Assembly (NCBI GenBank): GCA_903859215.1
Contig: CAIOLW010000059.1
Span: 937 to 64,936 of the forward strand
Origin: an uncultured bacterium
Lineage (GTDB): Bacteria; Krumholzibacteriota; Krumholzibacteriia; LZORAL124-64-63
Direction of reading: 5' to 3'
Length of the DNA: 64,000 nt
Both the position numbers and the translations under genes were made by a program. Positions 38,347 to 47,063 of this stretch are shown here, one piece after another. The notes beneath the pieces were generated by a model. The model made no database searches. It was not told the origin of the DNA and saw only the letters and a list, made by a program, of their open reading frames with translations. Each line of letters opens with the position of its first letter. Positions within the stretch are counted from its first letter, which is position 1.

Positions 38347-41300
38347 TGAAGCTGAGCGAACTGTCCATCCGCCGGCCCGTCTTCACGATCGTGATGAGCC
38401 TGGCGATCGTGTTGCTGGGCGTCATCTCGTTCTCGCGGCTGCCGGTGCGCGAATACCCGGAAACCGACCCGCCGATCGTCTCGGTGACGACCATGTACCG
38501 CGGCGCCAGCCCGAACGTGGTCGAGACCGAGATCACCGACGTGCTCGAGGAGCAGTTCTCGACCATCGAGGCGGTCAAGACCATCACCTCGAGCAGCCGC
38601 GAGCAGGGCTCGATCATCACGATCGAGTTCGAGCAGAAGCGCGCCGTGGACGAGGCGGCCAACGACGTGCGCGACCGGGTGTCGCGTGTGCGCGGCGCCC
38701 TGCCGCGCGAGGCGGACGACCCGATCGTCGCCAAGGTCGACGTCAACGCCCAGCCGATCATGTGGATCGCCCTCGGCAGCGACAGGCATTCGACCCTGGA
38801 GCTGTCGGACGTCGCCGACCGCCTGCTCAAGGAGCGGCTGCAGCGACTGCCCGGCGTGGGCTCCATCTTCCTGGGCGGCGAGCGCCGCTATGCCATGCGC
38901 GTGTGGCTGGACCCGATCCGCATGGCCTCGCGCGGGCTGTCGGTGCAGGACGTCGAGCGCGCGATCCGCGTCGAGAACGCCGAGATCCCCAGCGGTCGCG
39001 TCGAGGGCACGGGACGCGAGTTCGCGGTGCGCACGCGCGGTGAACTGGACACGCCCGAGGGGTTCGGCGGGATCATCGTGGCCCGGCGCGGCGACGACAT
39101 CGTGCGCCTGGACGAGGTGGCCAGGATCGAGGTCGGCGCCGAGGACGAGCGCACGATGACCCGCTACAACGGCCAGCCGGCCGTCGGCATGGGCATCGTC
39201 AAGCAGAAGCAGGCCAGCACGCTCGACGTCGCTGCCGCGGTCCGCAAGGCCCTGCCCGACCTGGCGACGCTGCTGCCCGAGGGCATGCGCCTGGACATCG
39301 CCTACGATTCGTCGACGTTCGTGGCCGAGTCTGTGCACGAGGTGCGCAGCACGATCCTGATCGCCATCGCGCTGGTCGTGCTCGTGGTGCTGGTGTTCCT
39401 CAAGAGCGTGCGGGCGACGATCGTGCCCGTGGTCGCCATCCCCATCTCGATCGTGGGCGCGTTCATCCTGGCCTACGCGCTGGGCTTCACGATCAACATC
39501 CTGACGCTGCTGGCGCTGGTGCTGGCCATCGGACTGGTCGTCGACGACGCCATCGTGGTGCTGGAGAACGTCTACCGGCACCTTGAGATGGGCAAGTCCC
39601 GGCGACAGGCCGCGATCGACGGCGTGCGCGAGATCGGGTTCGCCGTCATCGCCACCACCGTGGCGCTGGTGGCCGTGTTCATCCCCGTGGCCTTCCTGAC
39701 CGGCAGCGTGGGCCGGCTGTTCCGCGAGTTCGGCCTGACGCTGGCCTTTGCCGTCGCACTGTCGGCCTTCGTGGCGCTGACGCTGACGCCGATGATGTGC
39801 TCGCGCATGCTGCGCCCGCTGCACGGCGGCTCGACCAGCTGGGCCAGCCGCACGTTCGACGCGTTCTTCGGCGGCCTCGACCGCATCTACGCCCGGACGC
39901 TGGGCCTGGCCCTGCGGCAGCGCGTGGCGGTCATCTGCATCGGCCTGGCGCTTGTCGGCGGCATCGTGGTGCTGTTCCGCGGGCTGCCCGAGGAACTGGT
40001 GCCCACCGAGGACCGCGGCACCGCCTTCGGCATCATCACCGCGCCCGAGGGCGCGACGCTGGAATACACCGACCGCTACATGAAGATGGTCGAGGCGCAA
40101 CTGCTGCCGATCCCCGAGCGGAAGGGCCTCTTTTCGGCCACGGGCCTCGGCTTCGGCGGCCCCGGCCGCGTCACGAACGGCTTCGTCTTCCTGGCGCTCA
40201 AGCCGCGCGGCGAGCGCGAGCGGTCGCAGCAGGAGATCGTCGGGCAGATGTTCCCGCGGCTGCTGGGCATCCCCGGCGTGCTGGCCTTCCTGGTCAACCC
40301 GCCCAGCCTGGGCGCCTCGGGCTCGTCGTCGGACATCTCGTACGTGCTGCAGGCGGACACCTACGAGGAACTGGGCGCGGCCGTCGGGACGATGATGGCG
40401 TCGGCCTCGAAGCTCGGCTACCTGGTGAACCTGAACACCGACCTGCAGCTGAACAAGCCGGAGCTGCAGATCGCCATCGACCGCGAGCGCGCGGCCGGGC
40501 TGGGCGTCTCGGTGACCGACATCGGCTCGACGCTGGAGGCCTACCTGGGCGGCCGCGTGGCGGGCGACTTCAAGCGCGGCGCCAAGCAGTACGATGTCAT
40601 CCTGCAGCTGGACGCGGCCGGCCGCGCGACGCCCGACGTGATCGAGCAGATGTACGTGCGCGGCGCCGGGGGGCAGCTGGTGCAGATGGCCAACGTCGTG
40701 AAGGTGCAGGAAGCGGCCTCGGCCAAGGAGCTGAACCACTTCAACCGCGTGCGCTCGGCCACGATCACCGCCAGCCTGGCGCCGGGCACGGGCCTGGGCA
40801 AGGCGCTGGACGACCTGGACACCATCTGGCGGCAGGAGCTGCCCAAGACGGTCAAGCGCGACCTGTCGGGGGCCTCGCGCGAGTTCCGCGACTCGAAGAA
40901 CACGCTCTTCTTCATGTTCGGCCTGGCGCTGGTCTTCATCTTCCTGGTGCTGGCCGCCCAGTTCGAGAGCTTCGTCGACCCGCTGACGATCCTGCTGTCG
41001 GTGCCGCTGGCCGTGTTCGGGGCGCTGCTGGCGCTGACGATCTTCGGGCAGTCGCTCAACATCTTCTCGCGCATCGGCCTGATCATGCTGGTCGGCCTGG
41101 TGACGAAGAACGCCATCCTGATCGTCGAGTTCGCCAACCAGCTGCGCGCGCAGGGCCGGACGGTGGTCCAGGCGGTGACCGAGGCGTCGGTGATCCGGCT
41201 GCGGCCCATCCTGATGACCTCGTTCGCGACGGTCTTCGGCATCCTGCCCATCGCCATCGGGCTGGGCGCGGGCGCCGAGTCGAGGCGGCCGCTGGGCATC

Positions 41301-41462
41301 GCGGTGGTGGGCGGCGTGCTGTTCTCGACGTTCCTGACCCTGCTGGTGGTGCCGGTGGTGTATTCGCTGCTGGCCAGGTTCACGAGCGCGGTGCGCGGCG
41401 CGGAGATCGGCGCGGACGGCGATCCCGGGGCGAACCCGGCGGAGTTGGCGGGCGGGCGCTAA
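38346..41462 (+). CDS. RND transporter permease (HAE1/AcrB-like)
   Basis: 1038 aa. MKLSELSIRRPVFT. TM4 motif GLVVDDAIVVLEN. 12-TM topology with two large loops. TGATG overlap with the MFP gene. Confidence 0.95.
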   Translation: MKLSELSIRRPVFTIVMSLAIVLLGVISFSRLPVREYPETDPPIVSVTTMYRGASPNVVETEITDVLEEQFSTIEAVKTITSSSREQGSIITIEFEQKRAVDEAANDVRDRVSRVRGALPREADDPIVAKVDVNAQPIMWIALGSDRHSTLELSDVADRLLKERLQRLPGVGSIFLGGERRYAMRVWLDPIRMASRGLSVQDVERAIRVENAEIPSGRVEGTGREFAVRTRGELDTPEGFGGIIVARRGDDIVRLDEVARIEVGAEDERTMTRYNGQPAVGMGIVKQKQASTLDVAAAVRKALPDLATLLPEGMRLDIAYDSSTFVAESVHEVRSTILIAIALVVLVVLVFLKSVRATIVPVVAIPISIVGAFILAYALGFTINILTLLALVLAIGLVVDDAIVVLENVYRHLEMGKSRRQAAIDGVREIGFAVIATTVALVAVFIPVAFLTGSVGRLFREFGLTLAFAVALSAFVALTLTPMMCSRMLRPLHGGSTSWASRTFDAFFGGLDRIYARTLGLALRQRVAVICIGLALVGGIVVLFRGLPEELVPTEDRGTAFGIITAPEGATLEYTDRYMKMVEAQLLPIPERKGLFSATGLGFGGPGRVTNGFVFLALKPRGERERSQQEIVGQMFPRLLGIPGVLAFLVNPPSLGASGSSSDISYVLQADTYEELGAAVGTMMASASKLGYLVNLNTDLQLNKPELQIAIDRERAAGLGVSVTDIGSTLEAYLGGRVAGDFKRGAKQYDVILQLDAAGRATPDVIEQMYVRGAGGQLVQMANVVKVQEAASAKELNHFNRVRSATITASLAPGTGLGKALDDLDTIWRQELPKTVKRDLSGASREFRDSKNTLFFMFGLALVFIFLVLAAQFESFVDPLTILLSVPLAVFGALLALTIFGQSLNIFSRIGLIMLVGLVTKNAILIVEFANQLRAQGRTVVQAVTEASVIRLRPILMTSFATVFGILPIAIGLGAGAESRRPLGIAVVGGVLFSTFLTLLVVPVVYSLLARFTSAVRGAEIGADGDPGANPAELAGGR

Positions 41463-41534
41463 CTCGGGTTTCGTCGGCGGCGGCGGTGTGCTAGTTTTCC
41501 CGGGATAGGGAGACGCCCACACCGGAGGTGCGCC

Positions 41535-43592
41535 GTGAGCCCCGAGACGACCGCTGCCCGCATGGCCGAGTTCCAGCAGCAGCTGCGAGCCGGCATTCCC
41601 GACGCCTTGCCGCCGCGGCCGGCGGAGGACCCGGCCATCAGCCGGGCCCCCCGCCGGCCGCTGGCGCTCGACGACCGGCAGAAGCGCCTGGCCGTCCGTA
41701 ACGCCCTGCGCTACTTCCCCGAGCGCCTGCACGCCGAACTGGCCCCCGAGTTCGCCGCCGAGTTGGCCCAGTGGGGCCATATCTACATGCACCGCTTCCG
41801 GCCTGCGTACGCCATGCAGGCGCGGCCCCTGTCCTGGTACCCTGCCGCCTGCCCGCAGGCCGCCGCGATCATGCTGATGATCCAGAACAACCTGGACCCG
41901 GCCGTGGCGCAGCACCCCTACGAACTGGTCACCTACGGCGGCAACGGAGCCGTCTTCCAGAACTGGGCGCAGTACCTGCTGACGATGCGGTACCTCTCGC
42001 AGATGACCGACGAGCAGACCCTGCCCATGTACTCCGGCCACCCGCTCGGCCTGTTCCCCAGCCACCCCGATGCGCCGCGCGTGGTCGTGACCAACGGCAT
42101 GGTCATCCCCAGCCATTCCCGCGTCGAGGACTACACGACGATGTACGCCCTCGGCGTCTCGAACTACGGGCAGATGACCGCCGGCAGCTACATGTACATC
42201 GGGCCGCAGGGCATCGTGCACGGCACCACCATCGCGATCCTGGGCGCCGGGCGCCTGTACCTGGGCCTGCCTCCCGACGCGCCGTCGCTGGCCGGCCGCG
42301 TCTACCTGAGCAGCGGGCTGGGCGGCATGAGCGGCGCCCAGGGCAAGGCCGCGGTCATCGCCGGCTGCGTGGGCGTCATCGCCGAGATCAATCCCGCGGC
42401 CGTCGCCAAGCGGAAGGCGCAGGGCTGGGTGGACGAGGTCTACACCTCGCTGCCGGAGCTCCTGGAACGGGTGACGCGCGCGCGCTGCGGCGGCGAGGCT
42501 GTCGCCATCGCCTACCAGGGCAACATCGTCGACCTGTGGGAGGCGCTGGCCGACAGCGACGTCACGGTCGACCTGGCCAGCGACCAGACCAGCCTGCACA
42601 TCCCCTACACCGGCGGCTACTACCCGGCGGGGCTGACGTTCGAGGAAAGCAACGCGATGATGGCGAGCGACCCGGAGGGCTTCCGCGCCCGGGTGCAGGC
42701 TTCGCTGCGTCGCCACCTGGCGGCCATCGACCGCTGCGCCGCGCGCGGCACGCGGTTCTGGGACTACGGCAACGCGTTCCTGCTCGAGTGCGACCGCGCC
42801 GGCTGCGCCGTGGCGCGCGGCGACGGCGGCTTCCGCTACCCCAGCTACGTCGAGGACGTGATGGGGCCGTCGTGCTTCGACTACGGCTTCTGCCCGTTCC
42901 GCTGGGTCTGCACCAGCTGCGACCCGGCCGACCTGGCCATGAGCGACCGCATCGCCGAGGAGGTCATGGAGATCATGACCGCCAAGGCGCCGGCGCAGAC
43001 CTCGCAGCAGTACCTCGACAACCTGCGCTGGATCCGGCAGGCGGGCGTCAACAACCTGGTGGTCGGCTCGCAGGCACGCATCCTCTACTCGGACGCCGAG
43101 GGCCGGCGCGCCATCGCAGCGGCGTTCAACCGGGCGATCATGCGCGGGCAGATCTCGGCCCCGATCGTCATCGGCCGCGACCACCACGACGTGTCGGGCA
43201 CCGACAGCCCCTACCGCGAGACGGCCAACATCCGCGACGGGTCGATGTTCTGCGCCGACATGGCCGTGCAGAACTTCCTGGGCGACGGCTGCCGCGGCGC
43301 CACCTGGGTGTCGCTGCACAACGGCGGCGGCGTCGGCTGGGGCGAAGTGATCAACGGCGGCTTCGGGCTGGTGCTCGACGGCAGCGCCGACGCCGACCGC
43401 CGGCTGCACCAGATGCTGCACTGGGACGTGAACAACGGCGTCGCGCGCCGGGCGTGGGCGCGCAACGAGGGCGCCGAGTTCGCGATCCGGCGCGCCATGG
43501 ACCAGGAACCCGGCCTGACGGTGACGATGCCCGCGCACGCGGACGACGATGTCATCGACCGGGCCGTCGCCGATGCCTTCAAGGCGGAGTGA
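41535..43592 (+). CDS. hutU: Urocanate hydratase, long (~685 aa) form
   Basis: YGGNGAVFQNWAQY, GQMTAGSYMYIGPQGIVHGT, GLGGMSGAQ. GTG start with GGAGG 6 nt upstream. Confidence 0.9.
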   Translation: MSPETTAARMAEFQQQLRAGIPDALPPRPAEDPAISRAPRRPLALDDRQKRLAVRNALRYFPERLHAELAPEFAAELAQWGHIYMHRFRPAYAMQARPLSWYPAACPQAAAIMLMIQNNLDPAVAQHPYELVTYGGNGAVFQNWAQYLLTMRYLSQMTDEQTLPMYSGHPLGLFPSHPDAPRVVVTNGMVIPSHSRVEDYTTMYALGVSNYGQMTAGSYMYIGPQGIVHGTTIAILGAGRLYLGLPPDAPSLAGRVYLSSGLGGMSGAQGKAAVIAGCVGVIAEINPAAVAKRKAQGWVDEVYTSLPELLERVTRARCGGEAVAIAYQGNIVDLWEALADSDVTVDLASDQTSLHIPYTGGYYPAGLTFEESNAMMASDPEGFRARVQASLRRHLAAIDRCAARGTRFWDYGNAFLLECDRAGCAVARGDGGFRYPSYVEDVMGPSCFDYGFCPFRWVCTSCDPADLAMSDRIAEEVMEIMTAKAPAQTSQQYLDNLRWIRQAGVNNLVVGSQARILYSDAEGRRAIAAAFNRAIMRGQISAPIVIGRDHHDVSGTDSPYRETANIRDGSMFCADMAVQNFLGDGCRGATWVSLHNGGGVGWGEVINGGFGLVLDGSADADRRLHQMLHWDVNNGVARRAWARNEGAEFAIRRAMDQEPGLTVTMPAHADDDVIDRAVADAFKAE

Positions 43593-43597
43593 GGACG

Positions 43598-44521
43598 ATG
43601 GACGCGCAGCCCGAGAAACTTCCCCGCCCCCGCGTCGCCGCCCTGGACGACATCCTTGGCATGCCGTTCAAGGTGCTCGACGACGGTCTCGTGCGCGTGG
43701 TCGACTACATGGGCGACGACGCGGCCGTCGTGCAGGCGGCGCGCGTCAGCTACGGGGCCGGCACGAAGGCCGTCTCGGACGACCGCGGCCTGATCCGCTA
43801 CCTGCTGCAGCACCGCCACACCACGCCGTTCGAGATGTGCGAACTGAAGCTGCACGTGCGCGTGCCCATGGACGCGTGGCGGCAGTGGATACGCCATCGC
43901 ACGGCCTCGGTGAACGAGACCAGTTCACGCTATTCGGTGGTCACCGACGCGGCGCAGCACACGGCCCCGGACGCCTGGCGCGGCCAGAGCAGCGACAACA
44001 AGCAGGGCAGCCTGGGCTTCCTCGACGAGGTGACGGGCGCGGGCTTCACCGCCTCCGAGCGCGAACTGCAGGCCCATGCGCGGCGCGTCTACGACGAACG
44101 CCTGGCCGCCGGCGTCGCGCGCGAGCAGGCCCGCAAGGACCTGCCCCTGTGCACGTACACCGAGGCCTACTGGAAGGTGGACCTCCACAACCTGCTGCAT
44201 TTTTTGGCCCTGCGCATGGACCCGCACGCGCAGAAGGAGATCCGCGACTACGCGACGGTGATCGGCCGCGAGATCGTCGCGCGCTGGGTGCCCCTGACGT
44301 GGGAGGCCTTCGCGGACTTCCGGCTGGGCGCCGTGGCGTACTCGCGGATCGAGAATGCCGTCATGGCCGCGGTCGGCGCGGGCGACATTGAGCGGGCCTG
44401 CGCGGTCGCGCGCGAAGCCGGCTGGCTGAAGCCGGCGTCGGCGGGCGGCTATGTCCGCAACCGCGAGCGCCTTGAATGCGAGCAGAAGCTGAACGACCTG
44501 AACCTGTCCATCCCCTGGTGA
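43598..44521 (+). CDS. thyX: FAD-dependent thymidylate synthase
   Basis: ATG 43598 inside track ORF 41771..44521. ThyX signature RHRTASVNETSSRYS. Confidence 0.95.
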   Translation: MDAQPEKLPRPRVAALDDILGMPFKVLDDGLVRVVDYMGDDAAVVQAARVSYGAGTKAVSDDRGLIRYLLQHRHTTPFEMCELKLHVRVPMDAWRQWIRHRTASVNETSSRYSVVTDAAQHTAPDAWRGQSSDNKQGSLGFLDEVTGAGFTASERELQAHARRVYDERLAAGVAREQARKDLPLCTYTEAYWKVDLHNLLHFLALRMDPHAQKEIRDYATVIGREIVARWVPLTWEAFADFRLGAVAYSRIENAVMAAVGAGDIERACAVAREAGWLKPASAGGYVRNRERLECEQKLNDLNLSIPW

Positions 44522-44545
44522 TCCCCGCCTCGAGGAGGTTGCCCC

Positions 44546-44893
44546 GTGCCCAAGCGCATCGACTGGTACTACCACCGCAACGGCTGAACGAGCTGCACCA
44601 GGTCGCAGGGGTTCCTTGCGAATCATGGCCTCGACATCGCCGAATCCGTCAGCGCCGCGAAGAAGCTGGGCGCCGACGACGCCCGCAAGCTGGTGAAGAA
44701 CGCCAAACGGCTGCTCGTGATGAAGGGCAGCAAGGTCGCGGTGTTCGACCTGACGAAGGACAAGCCCGCGGATGCCGAACTGATGGAGCTGATGCTGGGT
44801 TCGACCGGCAACCTGCGCGCGCCGGTGATCGTGCGCGGCACGACGGTGCTCGTGGGGTTCAACGGGGACGTCTACGGGGACGAGCTGGGCTGA
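44546..44893 (+). CDS. ArsC/Spx/YffB-fold redox protein with in-frame TGA (candidate selenocysteine, UxxC motif)
   Basis: AGGAGG (44533-44538), 7 nt, then GTG 44546. 13 sense codons, TGA at 44585-44587, then open to TGA 44891-44893. Product is MPKRIDWYYHRNG-U-TSCTRSQGFLANHGLDI...NLRAPVIVRGTTVLVGFNGDVY. The track shows only the 66-aa tail (44693..44893). Confidence 0.6.
44598..44628 (+). promoter_or_regulatory. Candidate bacterial SECIS hairpin
   Basis: Upper stem UCGCAGGG / CCUUGCGA (44603-44610 with 44614-44621; 8 bp including one G-U). Loop GUU. Lower stem CCA/UGG (44598-44600 with 44626-44628). The apical loop starts 23 nt after the UGA. Confidence 0.45.
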
Positions 44894-44897
44894 CGGC

Positions 44898-46097
44898 CTA
44901 CTCCACCCGGCAGACGAGACCCTTGAGATAGGCGCCCTCGGGGAAGCTCATGAGCACCGGGTGGTCGTCGGACTGCTGCAGGCGGTCGACCAGCTGCAGG
45001 TTGCGGCCCGCGTCCAGCGCGGCATCGGCCACGATCTTCTGGAACAGGTCGGCCTCCAGCAGCCCCGAGCACGAGAACGTCACCAGCAGGCCGCCCGGGC
45101 GCAGCAGCTTCAGCGCCTGCATGTTGATGTCCTTGTAGCCGCGGCAGCCGCGCGGCAGGTGCTGGCGACTCTCGATGAACTTCGGCGGGTCCAGCACGAT
45201 CAGGTCGAAGGTGCGTTCTTCCTGATGCCACTGGCGCAGGCGCGTGAAGGCGTCGGCCTCGACGGACGTCCAGCGCGAGGCCTCGAAACCGTTCAACTCG
45301 GCGTGGCGCGCGGCCATTTCCAAAGCGCCCGCCGACGACTCGAGGTGCGTCACGCGGGCGGCCCCGCCCGCCAGCGCGGCCAGGCCGAAGCCGCCGGTGT
45401 AGGCGAAGCAGTTGAGCATGTCGCGCCCGGCCGCCAGTTGCCCCACGCGGGCGCGCGCGGCGCGCTGGTCCAGGTAGAACCCGGTCTTGTGGCCGTGCCG
45501 CACGTCGACCAGCAGGCGCACGCCGTTCTCGTGGAACTCGACGACCTCGGGCGCCTCGCGCCCGCGCCAGTGGCCGGCGCGCACGGGCAGGCCCTCCTTG
45601 ATGCGCACTTCGGCATCCGAGCGCTCGTACAGGCCGGCGCAGCCGGTCGCCGCCAGCAGCGCGTCGGCGATCTCTTCCTTCCAGCGCTCGCAACCCGCCG
45701 ACAGCACCTGCGCCACCAGCTGGTCGCCGTAGCGGTCGACGATCAGCCCGGGCAATCCGTCGTTCTCGGCGTTGATGAGCCGCCGGGCCCAGGGCCCGCC
45801 CTCGTCCGGGGCGCCCCGGCGGGCGACCGCGGCCTCGACCTGCGCGGCGAAGAAGGCGGCGTCGATCTCCTGGTAGGGATCGAAGGTCCACAGGCGGGCG
45901 CGGATCTGCGAGTGCGGCGAGTAGGCGCCCATGCCCATGGGCGTGCCGTTGGACGCCGTCACGGTGACGGTGTCGCCCGCGTTGGGCGTGCCCTCGACGC
46001 GGGCGATGGCGCCCGAGAAGACCCACGGGTGCCAGCGCCGCAGCGACTTGTCGCGGCCGGGCTTCAGGTGGACGATGGGGCCGGTGCGCGCGCTCAT
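44898..46097 (-). CDS. rlmI: PUA-domain SAM-dependent 23S rRNA m5C methyltransferase (RlmI/YccW-like)
   Basis: 399 aa. HPWVFSGAI, GLIVDRYGD, KTGFYLDQR, NCFAYTGGF, LDPPKF. Confidence 0.85.
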   Translation of the reverse strand: MSARTGPIVHLKPGRDKSLRRWHPWVFSGAIARVEGTPNAGDTVTVTASNGTPMGMGAYSPHSQIRARLWTFDPYQEIDAAFFAAQVEAAVARRGAPDEGGPWARRLINAENDGLPGLIVDRYGDQLVAQVLSAGCERWKEEIADALLAATGCAGLYERSDAEVRIKEGLPVRAGHWRGREAPEVVEFHENGVRLLVDVRHGHKTGFYLDQRAARARVGQLAAGRDMLNCFAYTGGFGLAALAGGAARVTHLESSAGALEMAARHAELNGFEASRWTSVEADAFTRLRQWHQEERTFDLIVLDPPKFIESRQHLPRGCRGYKDINMQALKLLRPGGLLVTFSCSGLLEADLFQKIVADAALDAGRNLQLVDRLQQSDDHPVLMSFPEGAYLKGLVCRVE

Positions 46098-47026
46098 GGC
46101 TTGATCCGCGTGATGACGGGCAGGTGGTCGCTGACCTGGGCGAAGTAGGTGCCCGGGCCGGACGGGAACACGGACTGCAGGTGGACGACCGTCGTCAGGG
46201 CGCCGGGCGCATCCAGCGCGGCGAACAGCGGCGCGGTCACCAGGATGTGGTCCAGGTGGCTGGGCCGCGGGGGGTACGACCAGTCGCCGCTCGGCCCGAG
46301 CGCGACGGCCATGTCCGCGAACCGGAAGGTGTCGGGCGCGTCCAGGAAGTTCCGGAAGACGTTGTTCGGCGGCGCGTCGGTGATGGCGTCGTTCATGTCG
46401 CCGACGATGAACACGCGCTTGCCCGCCAGTTCGGTGGCCGCGTACTGCCCGAGCAGGATGCAGGCGTCGCGGCGCCGTGTTTCCTCGTCGTTCGGGTCCG
46501 CGGGATCCATCACGCCGTCGCCCATGGCTTTCAGGTGGTTGGCGATCACCACGATCGGCGTGCCGTTCCAGGTGGCTTCGAGCACGTACGGCGAACGCGG
46601 GAATTCCCGCCAGTAGTCGCCGTAGATCTCGTAGATGGAAGTGACCTCGAGCCCGCCGTCGGTGCGGTACAGGAAGGCCAGGTTCTGTTGCGCGGGCGCG
46701 CCGGTCGCGGCGGAACCGGTCCAGCCAACGAGCGCATTATCAAGTTGGCTGAACGTCGTCGGGTTCGTCATCTCCATGATCGCCAGCACGTCAGGCTGCA
46801 CGCCCTCGACGACCTGCGCGACCCAACCTGCGGTGGCGGTGGACTTCGGGAAGTTCTCGAGGTTCCAGGTCATGACCTCGAGCGTGCTGTCGGCGCCCAC
46901 CTTGGCCGCGTCGAACGGGTTGCCCACCGGATCCGGCGTCGACGTGTCCGTCTTGCCGCACCCCGACAACGCGAGCGCGGCCCACAGGCCCACCGGCAGC
47001 ACCAGCCAACGTCGATTCTCGAACAT
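46094..47026 (-). CDS. Endonuclease/exonuclease/phosphatase (EEP) family lipoprotein
   Basis: ATG 47026 with GGAGG 7 nt upstream. Lipobox LSGC. MTWNLENF, GDMND, SDHLPV. ATGA overlap with rlmI. Confidence 0.8.
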   Translation of the reverse strand: MFENRRWLVLPVGLWAALALSGCGKTDTSTPDPVGNPFDAAKVGADSTLEVMTWNLENFPKSTATAGWVAQVVEGVQPDVLAIMEMTNPTTFSQLDNALVGWTGSAATGAPAQQNLAFLYRTDGGLEVTSIYEIYGDYWREFPRSPYVLEATWNGTPIVVIANHLKAMGDGVMDPADPNDEETRRRDACILLGQYAATELAGKRVFIVGDMNDAITDAPPNNVFRNFLDAPDTFRFADMAVALGPSGDWSYPPRPSHLDHILVTAPLFAALDAPGALTTVVHLQSVFPSGPGTYFAQVSDHLPVITRIKP

Positions 47027-47063
47027 GCAGGGGCCTCCCGGACCGCTGGGTTTCAGGCGGGTA

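Noticed and set aside
38307-43538. 1743-aa ORF on the minus strand, the longest in the track
   Set aside because: It is antisense to the RND permease and urocanase genes, both of which carry unmistakable family motifs. Its translation is an Arg/Ala/Gly/Pro/His-rich low-complexity string with no recognisable domain. This is typical of stop-poor antisense frames in ~70% GC DNA.
44693-44893. Stand-alone 66-aa GTG-initiated ORF as given in the track
   Set aside because: It would encode only the C-terminal half of an ArsC-type fold, with no redox site and no SD. The in-frame upstream extension through the TGA has a strong SD and supplies the missing N-terminal half, so I prefer the Sec-readthrough model. 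A 5'-truncated pseudogene remains the alternative.
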